Notes under the pieces: generated by a model
The model's input: only the letters and a program-made list of their open reading frames with translations
Told to the model about the DNA's origin: nothing
Database searches by the model: none
Assembly: GCA_032159825.1 (NCBI GenBank)
Contig: JAVHWL010000011.1
Coordinates: 84,003-148,002 of the forward strand
Length of the DNA: 64,000 nt
Direction of reading: 5' to 3'
DNA from: Acidobacteriota bacterium
Lineage (GTDB): Bacteria > Acidobacteriota > Blastocatellia > Pyrinomonadales > Pyrinomonadaceae
Translations under genes and position numbers: made by a program
Part shown: piece after piece, positions 8,388 to 17,720 of the stretch
Layout: the number at the start of each line of letters is the position of its first letter
Numbering within the stretch: position 1 is the first letter of the stretch

Positions 8388-10531
8388 AATACTTTATCTA
8401 CTGCGCTTCCAAGTTGAACGTAACGCGCGCCGATCTGGTCGGCCAGTTTCTGTCCTTCACCGCTTGAAGTGAAACGGTTCTGCGTATCAACTACAATTTT
8501 CGTCACACTCGATTGCTGCGCTGCCAGACCAAGCAGGCCAAGCTCCTCTTCAATTAACTGTCGGCGTGTGCCTTGATTCTGCGCCCTCTCGGTTCGCAGC
8601 GAAACATTAGCGCGGCCATCCGTGAAGAGCAGGAGGACGATTCGCTCTGCACCCTGACGCGCTGCGCGTTCAGCCAATTCGAGCGAGCGTGCCAGACCTG
8701 CGGCAAGAGGCGTTGCGCCGCCGACGCTCAACTCATCAAGCAATCGCCTGGCGCGCCATACACTCGCGCTCGGCGGCAGAAGCACTTCAGCATTTTGTCC
8801 GCGAAAGCTCACCAGCGCCACTCGATCACGCCTGATGTAAGACTGCTCAAGCAAACGCACGAGCGCGCCCTTCGCCTGCGCGATTCTATTGAGCGCCATG
8901 CTCCCGGATGTATCAATGGCGAAAATGAAAAGCGTGCCCGCCTTACGCTTGAATCGCTTGTAGCGGAGAGCGTCCGCAAGGATGGGGGCCGGGGAAGAAG
9001 GGCGGCCTGTTGCAGGCTTCGCAGCTTTTTTCACACCGATCCCCGGCCACCGACACCCGACTCCCCTCTCCTGTATCGCTGCTCTCAAGGTCGCATCAAG
9101 AGCGATTCTCGCGCCGGGTGTTTTGGTAGCTGTGGCGCGGACGTAGCGACCATGTAGGGCGCTTTCGGAAGTCCGGCGAGAGGCTGTGGAGCGTTGCCTT
9201 GAATGGTTACGCTCGATCTGTTTTGGATACTTGAGAGGATTCGAGTCGAAGGCATCATCAGGCAAGCGGGCTTCAAGCGCGGGAGGCGCTGTGCGTTCGA
9301 GTCCACCATTGCTCGCGCCTTCCGGGTCTTCGCCAGTTCGTTTGCCTGCAACGCCATTACCACCTGCGCTGCCCTGTGATGAAGATGTGGGCGGCCTATT
9401 TTGTTCATGCTTGTCTTGGGACTGCTCAGTCTCTTCATCAAGCGGGGCTGAAGGAAAAAGCTTGTCGAGGCGTTGTTCGATGCGAGAGCTTCCGCCAGCC
9501 TGCTCTAAAGGATCGCGGCGCAGGCGATGTCTGAGCGCCATCGTCGCCACTCGCCGGATGTCTGTGGCTGAAACTTCTTTGCGACCTTCAAAGGCAGCGA
9601 GAGCGCGTGCGGCGCGGGAGATGGTTAGCTCCCCGCGATGCCCGTCAACCTTGAGTTGCCCGCAGAGTTCGGCGATGCTGCGCAGGAGTTCGCCAGAGAG
9701 TTTTACCGCATTTAGATTCTTGCGTGCGCGCACGAGCCGACGACGCAAGCTCTCTTGCTCTTTCTCCTGAAGGGAGCGAAAACCATCAGGGTCGCGCTCA
9801 AAACTTTCGCGTTGCTCGACGATCCGCACACGCTCATCTAAATCATCAACGGTCTTTACCTCAACGTGTAGTCCGAAACGGTCGAGCAGTTGCGGGCGAA
9901 GCTCCCCTTCTTCCGGGTTGCCGGAGCCGACCAGCACGAAGCGCGACGGATGCTCAATTGAAATTCCCTCACGCTCAACCACGTTTCGCCCTGTCACCGC
10001 TACGTCGAGCAAAAGGTCAATCAAGTGATCTTCGAGCAGGTTCACTTCGTCAATGTAGAGGAAGCCACGATGAGAGCGCGCAAGCAGTCCGGGTTCAAAA
10101 ACCTTAACGCCTTCATGAAGCGCGCGTTCGATGTCTATTGTGCCGCAGACACGATCCTCGGTCGCGCCCAGAGGTAGATTAACTACGTGTACAGCCGAAC
10201 GCTCGCGCGGAAGTTTTTCATCCAGCACGAGACGCGCGTGGCAATCATCGCAAAGATTCATCTCATCGGCAGGGTCGCAGCCGTAGAGACAATCACGCAC
10301 GCGCGCAATGTGCGGCAGAAGGTCTGCGAGAGCGCGCACCGCTGTTGATTTCCCCGTGCCGCGATGCCCCATAATCAGCACGCCGCCGATTGACGGGTCT
10401 ATCACGTTGAGCAGCAGCGCGAGTTTCATCTCCTCCTGCCCGACGATTGCAGCGAATGGATAGACTGAAGGCCGTTTGCGGCGAAGCGTTTGATTATTCT
10501 TTGGCGCGATGTCTGCGCGGCGTTCCTTCAT
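8384..10531 (-). CDS. Chelatase ATPase subunit, ChlI/BchI AAA+ module fused to a ChlD-type vWA domain
   Basis: 715 aa. Contains [12 protein letters not shown], Walker [10 protein letters not shown], a Cys-rich CLYGCDP..CDDC insert and Walker [12 protein letters not shown] Pro/Ser/Gly-rich linker leads to a C-terminal vWA domain with MIDAS DTSGS. Confidence 0.85.
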   Translation of the reverse strand: MKERRADIAPKNNQTLRRKRPSVYPFAAIVGQEEMKLALLLNVIDPSIGGVLIMGHRGTGKSTAVRALADLLPHIARVRDCLYGCDPADEMNLCDDCHARLVLDEKLPRERSAVHVVNLPLGATEDRVCGTIDIERALHEGVKVFEPGLLARSHRGFLYIDEVNLLEDHLIDLLLDVAVTGRNVVEREGISIEHPSRFVLVGSGNPEEGELRPQLLDRFGLHVEVKTVDDLDERVRIVEQRESFERDPDGFRSLQEKEQESLRRRLVRARKNLNAVKLSGELLRSIAELCGQLKVDGHRGELTISRAARALAAFEGRKEVSATDIRRVATMALRHRLRRDPLEQAGGSSRIEQRLDKLFPSAPLDEETEQSQDKHEQNRPPTSSSQGSAGGNGVAGKRTGEDPEGASNGGLERTAPPALEARLPDDAFDSNPLKYPKQIERNHSRQRSTASRRTSESALHGRYVRATATKTPGARIALDATLRAAIQERGVGCRWPGIGVKKAAKPATGRPSSPAPILADALRYKRFKRKAGTLFIFAIDTSGSMALNRIAQAKGALVRLLEQSYIRRDRVALVSFRGQNAEVLLPPSASVWRARRLLDELSVGGATPLAAGLARSLELAERAARQGAERIVLLLFTDGRANVSLRTERAQNQGTRRQLIEEELGLLGLAAQQSSVTKIVVDTQNRFTSSGEGQKLADQIGARYVQLGSAVDKVL

Positions 10532-10573
10532 CCAGACCTCTTCGCAGATTGTCGAATTCTAAATCCTGATGCC

Positions 10574-10698
10574 GGATTAACCACAGAGGCACGGAGGCAC
10601 AGAGAAGACAAATCACAGATTCAGAATTTGAAATCTCAAATCTGCTATCTATAATTTCCTATCTTCATGCTTCCTCGGTGTCTCTGTGGCTTGGTAAT
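10574..10698. repeat. Hairpin element, CACAGAG family
   Basis: Left arm ggattaaccacagaggcacggaggcacagagaag pairs with right arm cttcctcggtgtctctgtggcttggtaat. The loop carries the cagaatttgaaatctcaaatctg motif that is shared with the element at 28266. Confidence 0.7.
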
Positions 10699-10701
10699 TT
10701 C

Positions 10702-11505
10702 TTACCCGCCGTGACGGAATTCCGGGTAGAGGGTCATGCCGCCATCAACGTAGAGGGTTGCTCCCGTCACATAGCTCGCCTCGTCTGAGCAGAGAAAGGC
10801 TACGACTTTGGCGATCTCCTCCGTCTCTCCCATACGCTCGGTCGGAATTTTTCGCAGCAGATCGCTTAAGCCCTGTGGGTCGCCCCAGACGTTTTGATTG
10901 ATCGGGGTCTTAATCGCTCCCGGCGCGACCGCGTTGACACGTATCTTCTGTGTCGCTAACTCAAGCGCAGCGGTCTTGGTCAACATGTCCAATCCTGCTT
11001 TGGCCGCGCAGTAGTGAGCGAAGCCGCCCCAGGGAATAATCTGGTGAACGGATGAGATGTTAACGATTGAGCCGCCCCGTCCGGTTTCGACCATCACACG
11101 CGCCGCGCGTTGCGCGCAAAGAAACGCGCCCGTCAGATCAACTTCGATCACCTTGCGCCACGCATCCAGCGGCATTTCGAGAAACGGATGATTCGTTTCC
11201 ATCCCGGCATTGTTGACCAGAATGTCTAGCCCGCCGAATTCCGCGACCGCTCGCGCGATCATCGCATCCACCTGCTGCTCGTTTGAGATATCCGCCTGAA
11301 CCGCTACGGCTTTCGTCCCGGCTTCTGAAATCTCTTTCACAACCGCATCTGCGTCTTCGGGACGCGAAAGATAGTTGATGGCAACTGCCGCTCCTTCCTG
11401 CGCCAGGTGTAGAGCTATCGCGCGCCCGATGCCGCTATTTGCCCCCGTGACGAGCGCACGTCTTCCTTCGAGCCGACGACTGATTGAGCCACTGGTATCT
11501 CCCAT
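10702..11505 (-). CDS. SDR-family oxidoreductase (glucose 1-dehydrogenase-like)
   Basis: Contains TGANSGIGRAIA (TGxxxGIG), NNAG and the YxxxK region (HYCAAKAG). I prefer the start at the internal ATG 11505, which has an upstream aggaagggaag RBS. The ORF track start is 11547. Confidence 0.85.
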   Translation of the reverse strand: MGDTSGSISRRLEGRRALVTGANSGIGRAIALHLAQEGAAVAINYLSRPEDADAVVKEISEAGTKAVAVQADISNEQQVDAMIARAVAEFGGLDILVNNAGMETNHPFLEMPLDAWRKVIEVDLTGAFLCAQRAARVMVETGRGGSIVNISSVHQIIPWGGFAHYCAAKAGLDMLTKTAALELATQKIRVNAVAPGAIKTPINQNVWGDPQGLSDLLRKIPTERMGETEEIAKVVAFLCSDEASYVTGATLYVDGGMTLYPEFRHGG

Positions 11506-11552
11506 AGTTCTTCCCTTCCTCGTTAAAGATGAAAAGCATGCTGACAAAAACT

Positions 11553-12545
11553 TTAAGGCTCGATAGCCATTCGCAGGACGTTTGACATCGGCTGCCTGTC
11601 AATCTTGCCGTCTTTGGTGATGACGATGAGCTGACCGTTTTCCACCGTCACACGACGCACCGTCGTCATATAACGCTCGACTCTCATCCCGTCTCTCGTC
11701 TCTATGATAAGACGCGGCCCAGCAGCAGGCTCGACCGTTGGAGCAGGCTCGGCTGGTGTCGTAGTTCGCCTCGCTGTTGTTCCAGGTCGCGTGCGCGTTG
11801 TGCGCGGAGTCGTTGTGCGCGCGGACGGAGTGCGTGTTCGCCTGGTGCGCGGCGTTCGAGGCTTTGGCGGCGCGGGCTTTGTGGCTTCGGCTGTTGCCGG
11901 AGTCTCAGCCGGTGTCGGCGTTTCAGACGAAGGGGTCGCCGGAGTTTCTGTCGCGGGCGGTGTGGTTGCTGGCGGCTCAGGCTCTTCTATTCGCGCGCCG
12001 GTTGCCGTGACGCGCCTTCCGCTCTTGCTGGTAGATGAAACCGTCGGGACAACAGGCTCCACGTCAGGAACGTCACTGCTGATCGGCTCAAACGCCCCGT
12101 CGAAACGAATGCGAAAGCTGCCTTCATTATCGTTCGGCGTGCGCGCTTCGACGCGCAGAATCAAAGCCTCGCGTGTCTTCAAGTAGATGGTCTTTGAGCC
12201 GCTCGACGACGTTCCGACGGCGTACATGCTGACCTTGGCAAGCGGGCGCAGAGTGGCCGCCGTAAAGACATCCACATCGCCTTCCAGATTCTTGCTCTCG
12301 ACGCTAACGTTGAGATCGCCGGACGTACCCGTGAAGGAGTAGAAGTACCTGGTCGGGCGCGGGTCGCCCAAATCTCTCGGCGCGATTGCCCCGCTGATTT
12401 CGCTTGAGCGAACGAGAGTTGGAAACTCCATGTCGGTTGATTGCGCCGCTGCACTTATGCCCAGGAGAAACAACAAGGCGAGCGTACTCAAAGGCGCGAT
12501 CAATCTTTTCTGATGTTTGAGAGGAGCGTGGACTATCTTCATCAA
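11553..12545 (-). CDS. Secreted protein with a PPC-like N-terminal domain, a Pro/Thr/Arg-rich low-complexity linker and a small C-terminal domain
   Basis: Has a signal peptide (LSTLALLFLLGISAAAQ). The body is beta-rich with a DVDVF-type motif, followed by a long PTPRTRRTRTP tract. Confidence 0.55.
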   Translation of the reverse strand: MMKIVHAPLKHQKRLIAPLSTLALLFLLGISAAAQSTDMEFPTLVRSSEISGAIAPRDLGDPRPTRYFYSFTGTSGDLNVSVESKNLEGDVDVFTAATLRPLAKVSMYAVGTSSSGSKTIYLKTREALILRVEARTPNDNEGSFRIRFDGAFEPISSDVPDVEPVVPTVSSTSKSGRRVTATGARIEEPEPPATTPPATETPATPSSETPTPAETPATAEATKPAPPKPRTPRTRRTRTPSARTTTPRTTRTRPGTTARRTTTPAEPAPTVEPAAGPRLIIETRDGMRVERYMTTVRRVTVENGQLIVITKDGKIDRQPMSNVLRMAIEP

Positions 12546-12836
12546 TGCTCGCTGGATGTGATGAAAGTTTATGGCTCGAAGGGTAAGCCGGTAGCTCGCA
12601 TCGGCATCCCTCGTTAAACTATTGCTCGACGCGCTTAGGGTAACAGATTCGGAGTCAGAATCGAATCACAGAGAAACGATGCCATTGTGACCTGTTCAAA
12701 ATTCTCCTCTAAAATTCTTTTGCCTGCAACCATCTCTCTTGTAGTAAATTACTCCCTCGTTCGTGCGCCGCCTCACCGGTTTTGGCTGAAGGCGAAAAGG
12801 TCTGTGCTGGAATTCCACTCTCAGAGGAAGATAACC

Positions 12837-13466
12837 ATGCCCAACCGCTTCATCGTCGTCGTTGACAATTTTTATCCAAACCCCGATGCCGTTCGTCAGA
12901 GAGCTTTGAGCATGCCTTATACCGAGCCGGAGAACCTGACGGGTTGGCGAACGCAAGCTTACCAGCCAAGAGGAATCAAAGAGCGGATTGAAAAACTTTT
13001 CAAGGTTCGCATCAAATACTGGGAAGCAGACCTCACCAAGATCGAAGGCTGCAACGGAGTCTTCTTCAGCGCCTACTCAAAAGGCAATTATGCGGAGCGG
13101 GTCGGCATTCACTACGACACGCCGCCGGGCTGGGTCATGTTCCTTATCTACATGACGCCCGGCGCGCCCTTTGAGGCCGGGACATCTCTCTGGCAGCACC
13201 GCGCGACACGGCTGACGGCGATGCCGACCGCGAGAGACGCCGAACGCTTGAGGATACCTCTGGAGAAATTGTTTAAGATTCTGGAGAGAGACCTGCACGA
13301 CAAGCGGCGATGGAAAGAGATTGATCGCATCGGCAACGTCTTTAATCGAGCCGTGATGTTTCCGGGCGGACAGCTTCACTCCGCAAGCCGTCACTTCGGC
13401 AGCAATCGCCTCAACGGGCGGCTCTACCAATCATTTCATTTTCCGGTTGAGTGGAATCCCAAGTAA
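12837..13466 (+). CDS. Putative 2OG-Fe(II) oxygenase-superfamily protein (DUF6445-like)
   Basis: Begins MPNRFIVVVDNFYPNPDAVRQRAL, with an HxD motif (IHYD) and a distal His (LHSASRH). Start taken at ATG 12837, preceded by a gaggaag RBS. The ORF-track 5' extension was rejected. Confidence 0.6.
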   Translation: MPNRFIVVVDNFYPNPDAVRQRALSMPYTEPENLTGWRTQAYQPRGIKERIEKLFKVRIKYWEADLTKIEGCNGVFFSAYSKGNYAERVGIHYDTPPGWVMFLIYMTPGAPFEAGTSLWQHRATRLTAMPTARDAERLRIPLEKLFKILERDLHDKRRWKEIDRIGNVFNRAVMFPGGQLHSASRHFGSNRLNGRLYQSFHFPVEWNPK

Positions 13467-13544
13467 GAAGCTTGCCGATCTGCTGGAAAAATCTCTGGTC
13501 AAGTGTGATGTGCGAGTTTCAACCCGCTTCATGGCTAAGAGAGA

Positions 13545-15929
13545 TTATCGTGTGGTAAGCACAGAGCTAACGCCGATAAGAACGAAGAGGATGATGAGGA
13601 GAGGCAAAATAATTAAAGGCAATCTCGATACGGTTCGATTTACTTCGCCTTCATAAAAATCCGCGATTCTTCCCAGAGATGCGTCCAGACAACCGGTTTG
13701 CTCGCCAATCTCAACCGATACGCTGGCTATGGTTGGAAACACTTCGGTCATTGGCGCAGAAAAAGTCTCGCCGCGCTCCACGCCTGATCTGATCTTCTCA
13801 ATCGCTTCGGCGAAAACTGAATTGCCGACCATCTTCGCAGTGATGTCCAGAGAAGCAAGGATCGGCACACCTGACGAGAGCAGGGTTGCGAGGATGCGCC
13901 CAAAGCGTGCGGTAGCATGCTTACGTAGCAACGGGCCGACGAATGGCAAGCGCAACAGCAGAACATCTTTTTGTCTGTGCCCACGACTTGTTTTGCTATA
14001 CACGCCTAGCGCCAGCAACGCCGCGACGATGGCAGCCAGGAAAATCACGCCGCCTGTGCTGCCGAGGAATGATGCCGTAGCTGCGCCTACACTTGTCCAA
14101 AAGCGCAGATACCAGTTCAGCCCGCCCGCATTGCCCTGCGCGTTGTGTAAAGCGGCGGTGATCGAGAGCATCAGGATAACCAATAAGAGGGCAAGCGCCG
14201 AGAGCGGATACAATATCGCCAGCCAGATTTTTCGCCGCAGGCTGATGCTTTTTTCCAGAGCCGTATGGAGGCGTGACAGCACACGGTCCACAATCCCGCC
14301 CGTTTCGCCCGCCTCGACCATATTAACGTAAAACTCGTCGAAAACTTCCGGGTGGTGCTTCATCGCCGCTGCCAGGGTTGAGCCTTGGCCGACATCTGAA
14401 ATGACTTGATCGAGAACCTGCTTGAAGTATCTGTTCTTCTGCTCCTGGGCAAGCACTTCGAGAGATGATACGAGAGGGATGCCTGCTTCAACCATATATG
14501 AAAACCAACCCGTGAAGCTCACCAAATCACGCAGGCTGACTTTCTTCCGCCCCGTGCCGGAAGCGAAGAGAGATGATTCGGGACGTTCCTCACGAAAAGA
14601 GGTCAGGATAATTTGCTCGCGCCGCAGGAGCATTCTCAAGGCTTCACTACTTTCAGCTATGCGCTCGCCAGCGATGAGTTCGCCGATTCTGTTACGACCC
14701 TTATAATGATAATGCCTGTGGAATATTTTCTTCTTCTTTTTCCTGGCATCTTTAACCCGCAAGGCCCCGACCAGTTTTTTCTCAGCCGCCGAAGAAGAGA
14801 GATTAACCGCCAGAAACGGAGCATCGCTGCCACGCAAAGCGAGGCCGACTGCGACAGGCATCTCCGACCCGATCTCCGAGAGGCGCTCAGAGCTGAAGCG
14901 TCGCTCGTCGTACTTGATACGACGAAACGGGTCAAGCGGCTCAACCGGTATCATGAGCCGATGAGAAAGATTTTCTCTCAGTCCCTTGAGCCTGGAGCCT
15001 CCGCCGGAAATCAATATCTTTCCAACGCTCGTTTCCTCATCCGTTGAAATCGCGCTGTAGAAGTCCAGGCTCTTTTGAATTTCGAGCGCGAGATTTTCTG
15101 TGGTTGCTTCAGTCAGCTTCTCAAAGTCTCCTTCCAGTGCCAGGCGTTTAGCGATGACCTCTATCACCTCATTGATTTCCGTCCCTACCGTTTCAAGCTC
15201 ATCAGCCAGGCCAAGCTTGGCTGCCTCTGCCTGCTCGAACGTGAGACCCAACTCTTTACTTATTTGATCCGTATATTGGTCGCCCCCCATCGAGGCATCA
15301 TGGGTAAATGCTAAACGATTCCCTTTCATGATATGGATAATCATCAGAGAAGCGCCGATGTGAACCAACGCTACCAAAGAATCATCTGAAGGCTGGTAGT
15401 TAAACGTGTAGCAGTTCTGTAGAGCCAGAGCACAGCAGTCTATGATGTCAGCCCGTTTGCCCGCGAGTTGTAGGGTGTGCTCCAGATTCTGCACTCTTAT
15501 CTCCCTACAGATAGCGATCAAGACCTTGATTGAATACTCATCTGAATCAATGACCTGGTAGCCGAGCCGCACGTCCGACATATCGAAGGGGCAATACTCC
15601 TCCGCGTGCCAGTCAATAGATTCCCTCAACTCTTCTTCCGACATCGGCGGGACTTCAATAGTCTTGAGGATGACGGAATTGCCACTGACGCCGGATGCTA
15701 TGTTCCGCGTCGTTAGGTGATGGTCGCCGAAGAGTTTTGAAATAGCCCTGGCGGACTCCGTGTGGTCTAAAATCTGCCCCTCTTCTATTGTGCCGCGCGC
15801 GAGCGGCTCAACCCCTAACCCGGTCAAGGTGAGCTTGTCGTTTTTGCCCGACAACTCAACCGCCTTGACGGAGCTTGCGCCTACGTCCAAGCCGACGAAT
15901 CTTCTCTTGTGGAATATTCCCTTAAACAT
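13545..15929 (-). CDS. PilM-like actin-fold ATPase fused to a full PilC/GspF-type platform protein
   Basis: 794 aa. The N-terminal 350 aa (FVGLDVGASSVKAVEL..., ISGGGSRLKGL, PVAVGLALRG) match PilM. After a KKKKK junction come a PilC-type N-terminus (YKGRNRIGELIAGERIAESSEALRMLLRREQI) and two T2SS-F domains with three TM segments. Confidence 0.75.
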   Translation of the reverse strand: MFKGIFHKRRFVGLDVGASSVKAVELSGKNDKLTLTGLGVEPLARGTIEEGQILDHTESARAISKLFGDHHLTTRNIASGVSGNSVILKTIEVPPMSEEELRESIDWHAEEYCPFDMSDVRLGYQVIDSDEYSIKVLIAICREIRVQNLEHTLQLAGKRADIIDCCALALQNCYTFNYQPSDDSLVALVHIGASLMIIHIMKGNRLAFTHDASMGGDQYTDQISKELGLTFEQAEAAKLGLADELETVGTEINEVIEVIAKRLALEGDFEKLTEATTENLALEIQKSLDFYSAISTDEETSVGKILISGGGSRLKGLRENLSHRLMIPVEPLDPFRRIKYDERRFSSERLSEIGSEMPVAVGLALRGSDAPFLAVNLSSSAAEKKLVGALRVKDARKKKKKIFHRHYHYKGRNRIGELIAGERIAESSEALRMLLRREQIILTSFREERPESSLFASGTGRKKVSLRDLVSFTGWFSYMVEAGIPLVSSLEVLAQEQKNRYFKQVLDQVISDVGQGSTLAAAMKHHPEVFDEFYVNMVEAGETGGIVDRVLSRLHTALEKSISLRRKIWLAILYPLSALALLLVILMLSITAALHNAQGNAGGLNWYLRFWTSVGAATASFLGSTGGVIFLAAIVAALLALGVYSKTSRGHRQKDVLLLRLPFVGPLLRKHATARFGRILATLLSSGVPILASLDITAKMVGNSVFAEAIEKIRSGVERGETFSAPMTEVFPTIASVSVEIGEQTGCLDASLGRIADFYEGEVNRTVSRLPLIILPLLIILFVLIGVSSVLTTR

Positions 15930-16010
15930 AAATCTCTAACAGATGATTTCACAGGGTCCGCTTTAATTGGAGCAATTTCCAGTTGCGTGTGTGGAAAGTC
16001 GGAACTCACT

Positions 16011-16100
16011 ACCGCAGACACAGTGCCAGCATAGAGGGGGCACAGAGAAGTTAAAGCCTCTGTGCAATCTCTGTGTCCTCTGTGTCTCTGTGGTGAATTG
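16011..16100. repeat. Hairpin element, CACAGAG family
   Basis: Left arm accgcagacacagtgccagcatagagggggcacagagaag pairs with right arm cctctgtgcaatctctgtgtcctctgtgtctctgtggtgaattg. It is homologous, in inverted orientation, to 32119-32214. Confidence 0.75.
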
Positions 16101-16286
16101 TCATTCGTTATCCCTTACGTTCAATTGAAATCTGCTCTAAGAGATGGCGTGAAAGAAATAAAGCGGAGAACTTGGGAAAGGTTTGTAAAAACTAAGAGAC
16201 CGCGTATTGGCGGTCTCTCCATCTTTGTTTAGTGCTGAAGGTGGGGACTCGACTTGCGCTAATTAGTTATCCTACTCATCAATATG

Positions 16287-16373
16287 TGGTGGGGATGGAG
16301 AGACTCGAACTCTCAAGGGTTGCCCCACACGGCCCTCAACCGTGCGCGTATACCAATTCCGCCACATCCCCGC
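16287..16373 (-). tRNA. leuU: tRNA-Leu (anticodon GAG), class II with a long variable arm, CCA encoded
   Basis: The reverse complement is gcggggatgtggcggaattggtatacgcgcacggTTGAGGGccgtg...ccatccccacca. The anticodon loop is UUGAGGG. It lies directly downstream of secG, as the secG-leuU pair does in E. coli. Confidence 0.9.
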
Positions 16374-16492
16374 AAATTTACTTTATCAAATAGCAGCTAT
16401 TTCCCCTGGCTGCCAACCGCTTTCGCTTTTGCCTTCGATAAACTGCTCTTCTCTTACAAGTCGCCACATCCCTAGCTGCCATCAGCAATAAA

Positions 16493-16936
16493 CTATTTGC
16501 CAGGCGCGGGCGGTGTTCCCGTGTTGGCTCCGCTCGCAGGCGATTGCGCTGGCGTTGTTGCGGCAGGCGCGCTGGTGTTCTGCGGCGCACTTGTATTAGC
16601 TGCACCCTCCTGGGCCGGTGCTGTTGCCGGGGACGCGGCGGGTGAAGCCTGCGGTGAAGGCGCGGGTTTCTGTTCATCTTCCGAGACGGTTTGCAACACG
16701 GATCGCTGCCCGGTGATTGCCGGTAAAGAGAGCGAGAGCGCAACCAGCATGAAGAGAATAGCCGCGCCGATGGTAATCTTCGCCAGAAGGGTCTGCGTTC
16801 CGCGCGGCCCAAAGGCCGTGCTTGAGATACTGCTCGAAAAAAGCGCGCCCGCGTCAGACTTGCCAGGCTGCAAGAGCACCGTCACGATGAGCACGATGCA
16901 CGACAAGATAAAAAGTATGTATAAAACGCTGGTCAA
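16493..16936 (-). CDS. secG: Preprotein translocase subunit SecG with a long Pro/Ala/Ser/Thr-rich C-terminal extension
   Basis: Contains VLIVTVLLQPGKSDAGALF and a second TM segment. It follows tpiA, which is the conserved synteny. Confidence 0.85.
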   Translation of the reverse strand: MTSVLYILFILSCIVLIVTVLLQPGKSDAGALFSSSISSTAFGPRGTQTLLAKITIGAAILFMLVALSLSLPAITGQRSVLQTVSEDEQKPAPSPQASPAASPATAPAQEGAANTSAPQNTSAPAATTPAQSPASGANTGTPPAPGK

Positions 16937-16953
16937 TTAAGCTACTCCCAAAC

Positions 16954-17718
16954 CTATCTATTGTAATTAACAATCTCCGCGAAACTCTCCGCCTTGAGGC
17001 TTGCTCCGCCGACGAGCGCGCCGTCTATATCGGGTTGGGCCATCAGGCCCGTGATGTTGTCGGGTTTTACTGAGCCACCGTAAAGAATCCGTAATGCTCC
17101 GGTCGCTTCCGGCGAGTGTCTTTGCGCGAAAACGCGCCGGATGAAAGCGTGCATCTCCTGCGCTTGTTCCGGCGTCGCTGTGCGTCCTGTGCCAATCGCC
17201 CAGACAGGCTCGTAAGCTATGATGATACGGTCGAGGTCTGAGGCTGTCAACCCGCTAAGCCCGCCCTCCAACTGCCCACTCACCACCGACTCCGCGTTCC
17301 CTTGATCGCGCTGCGCCAGGCTCTCACCAACGCAGACGATTGCAGTCAACCCTGAGACAATCGCAGCCTGCACCTTCTTTCTCACAACCGAATCCAAGTC
17401 GAAGTAGTATTGCCGCCGCTCGGAGTGGCCGATGATGACAAAGGACGCTCCGGCATCCAACAGCATGTTGGCTGTGACCTCGCCCGTATGCGCGCCCTCC
17501 TCGATTTCCGTCGAACAGTTCTGCCCGGCCACCTTGATATTTGACCCTTCGAGCCGGTCGGATACAGTCTTCAAAGCCGTATAGACCGGAGCAATCACGA
17601 CCTCGCAATGATTGGCATTCGCCACCAAAGGCTTCAAGGCCAAAGCGGTCTCGACAGACTCCGAGATCGTCTTGTACATCTTCCAGTTTCCGGCGATAAC
17701 AGGTTTACGCATGGTCAC
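16954..17718 (-). CDS. tpiA: Triosephosphate isomerase
   Basis: Contains [18 protein letters not shown] and [10 protein letters not shown]. Confidence 0.95.
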   Translation of the reverse strand: MTMRKPVIAGNWKMYKTISESVETALALKPLVANANHCEVVIAPVYTALKTVSDRLEGSNIKVAGQNCSTEIEEGAHTGEVTANMLLDAGASFVIIGHSERRQYYFDLDSVVRKKVQAAIVSGLTAIVCVGESLAQRDQGNAESVVSGQLEGGLSGLTASDLDRIIIAYEPVWAIGTGRTATPEQAQEMHAFIRRVFAQRHSPEATGALRILYGGSVKPDNITGLMAQPDIDGALVGGASLKAESFAEIVNYNR

Positions 17719-17720
17719 AT

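Noticed and set aside
10532-10701. A cobalamin riboswitch or other leader upstream of the chelatase operon.
   Set aside because: The region is occupied by a CACAGAG-family hairpin. I could not find a B12-box-like core (such as gccactg) or the conserved riboswitch helices. An Rfam scan would be needed for certainty.
11704-12186. 160-aa plus-strand ORF rich in Gly, Val and Arg.
   Set aside because: It is antisense to the Pro/Thr/Arg-rich low-complexity tract of the secreted protein at 11553-12545, so it is a mirror-image low-complexity artefact.
16011-16373. tRNA-Leu (and tRNA-Gly at 33115-33189) as integration sites for a genomic island.
   Set aside because: There is no integrase, no direct repeat of the tRNA 3' end and no foreign-looking gene block next to either tRNA. 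secG followed by tRNA-Leu(GAG) is conserved housekeeping synteny.
16497-16940. 147-aa plus-strand ORF exactly mirroring secG.
   Set aside because: The SecG reading frame on the minus strand has the conserved TM, LLQPGKSD motif and the expected synteny. The plus-strand ORF is its Ala/Gly-rich shadow.
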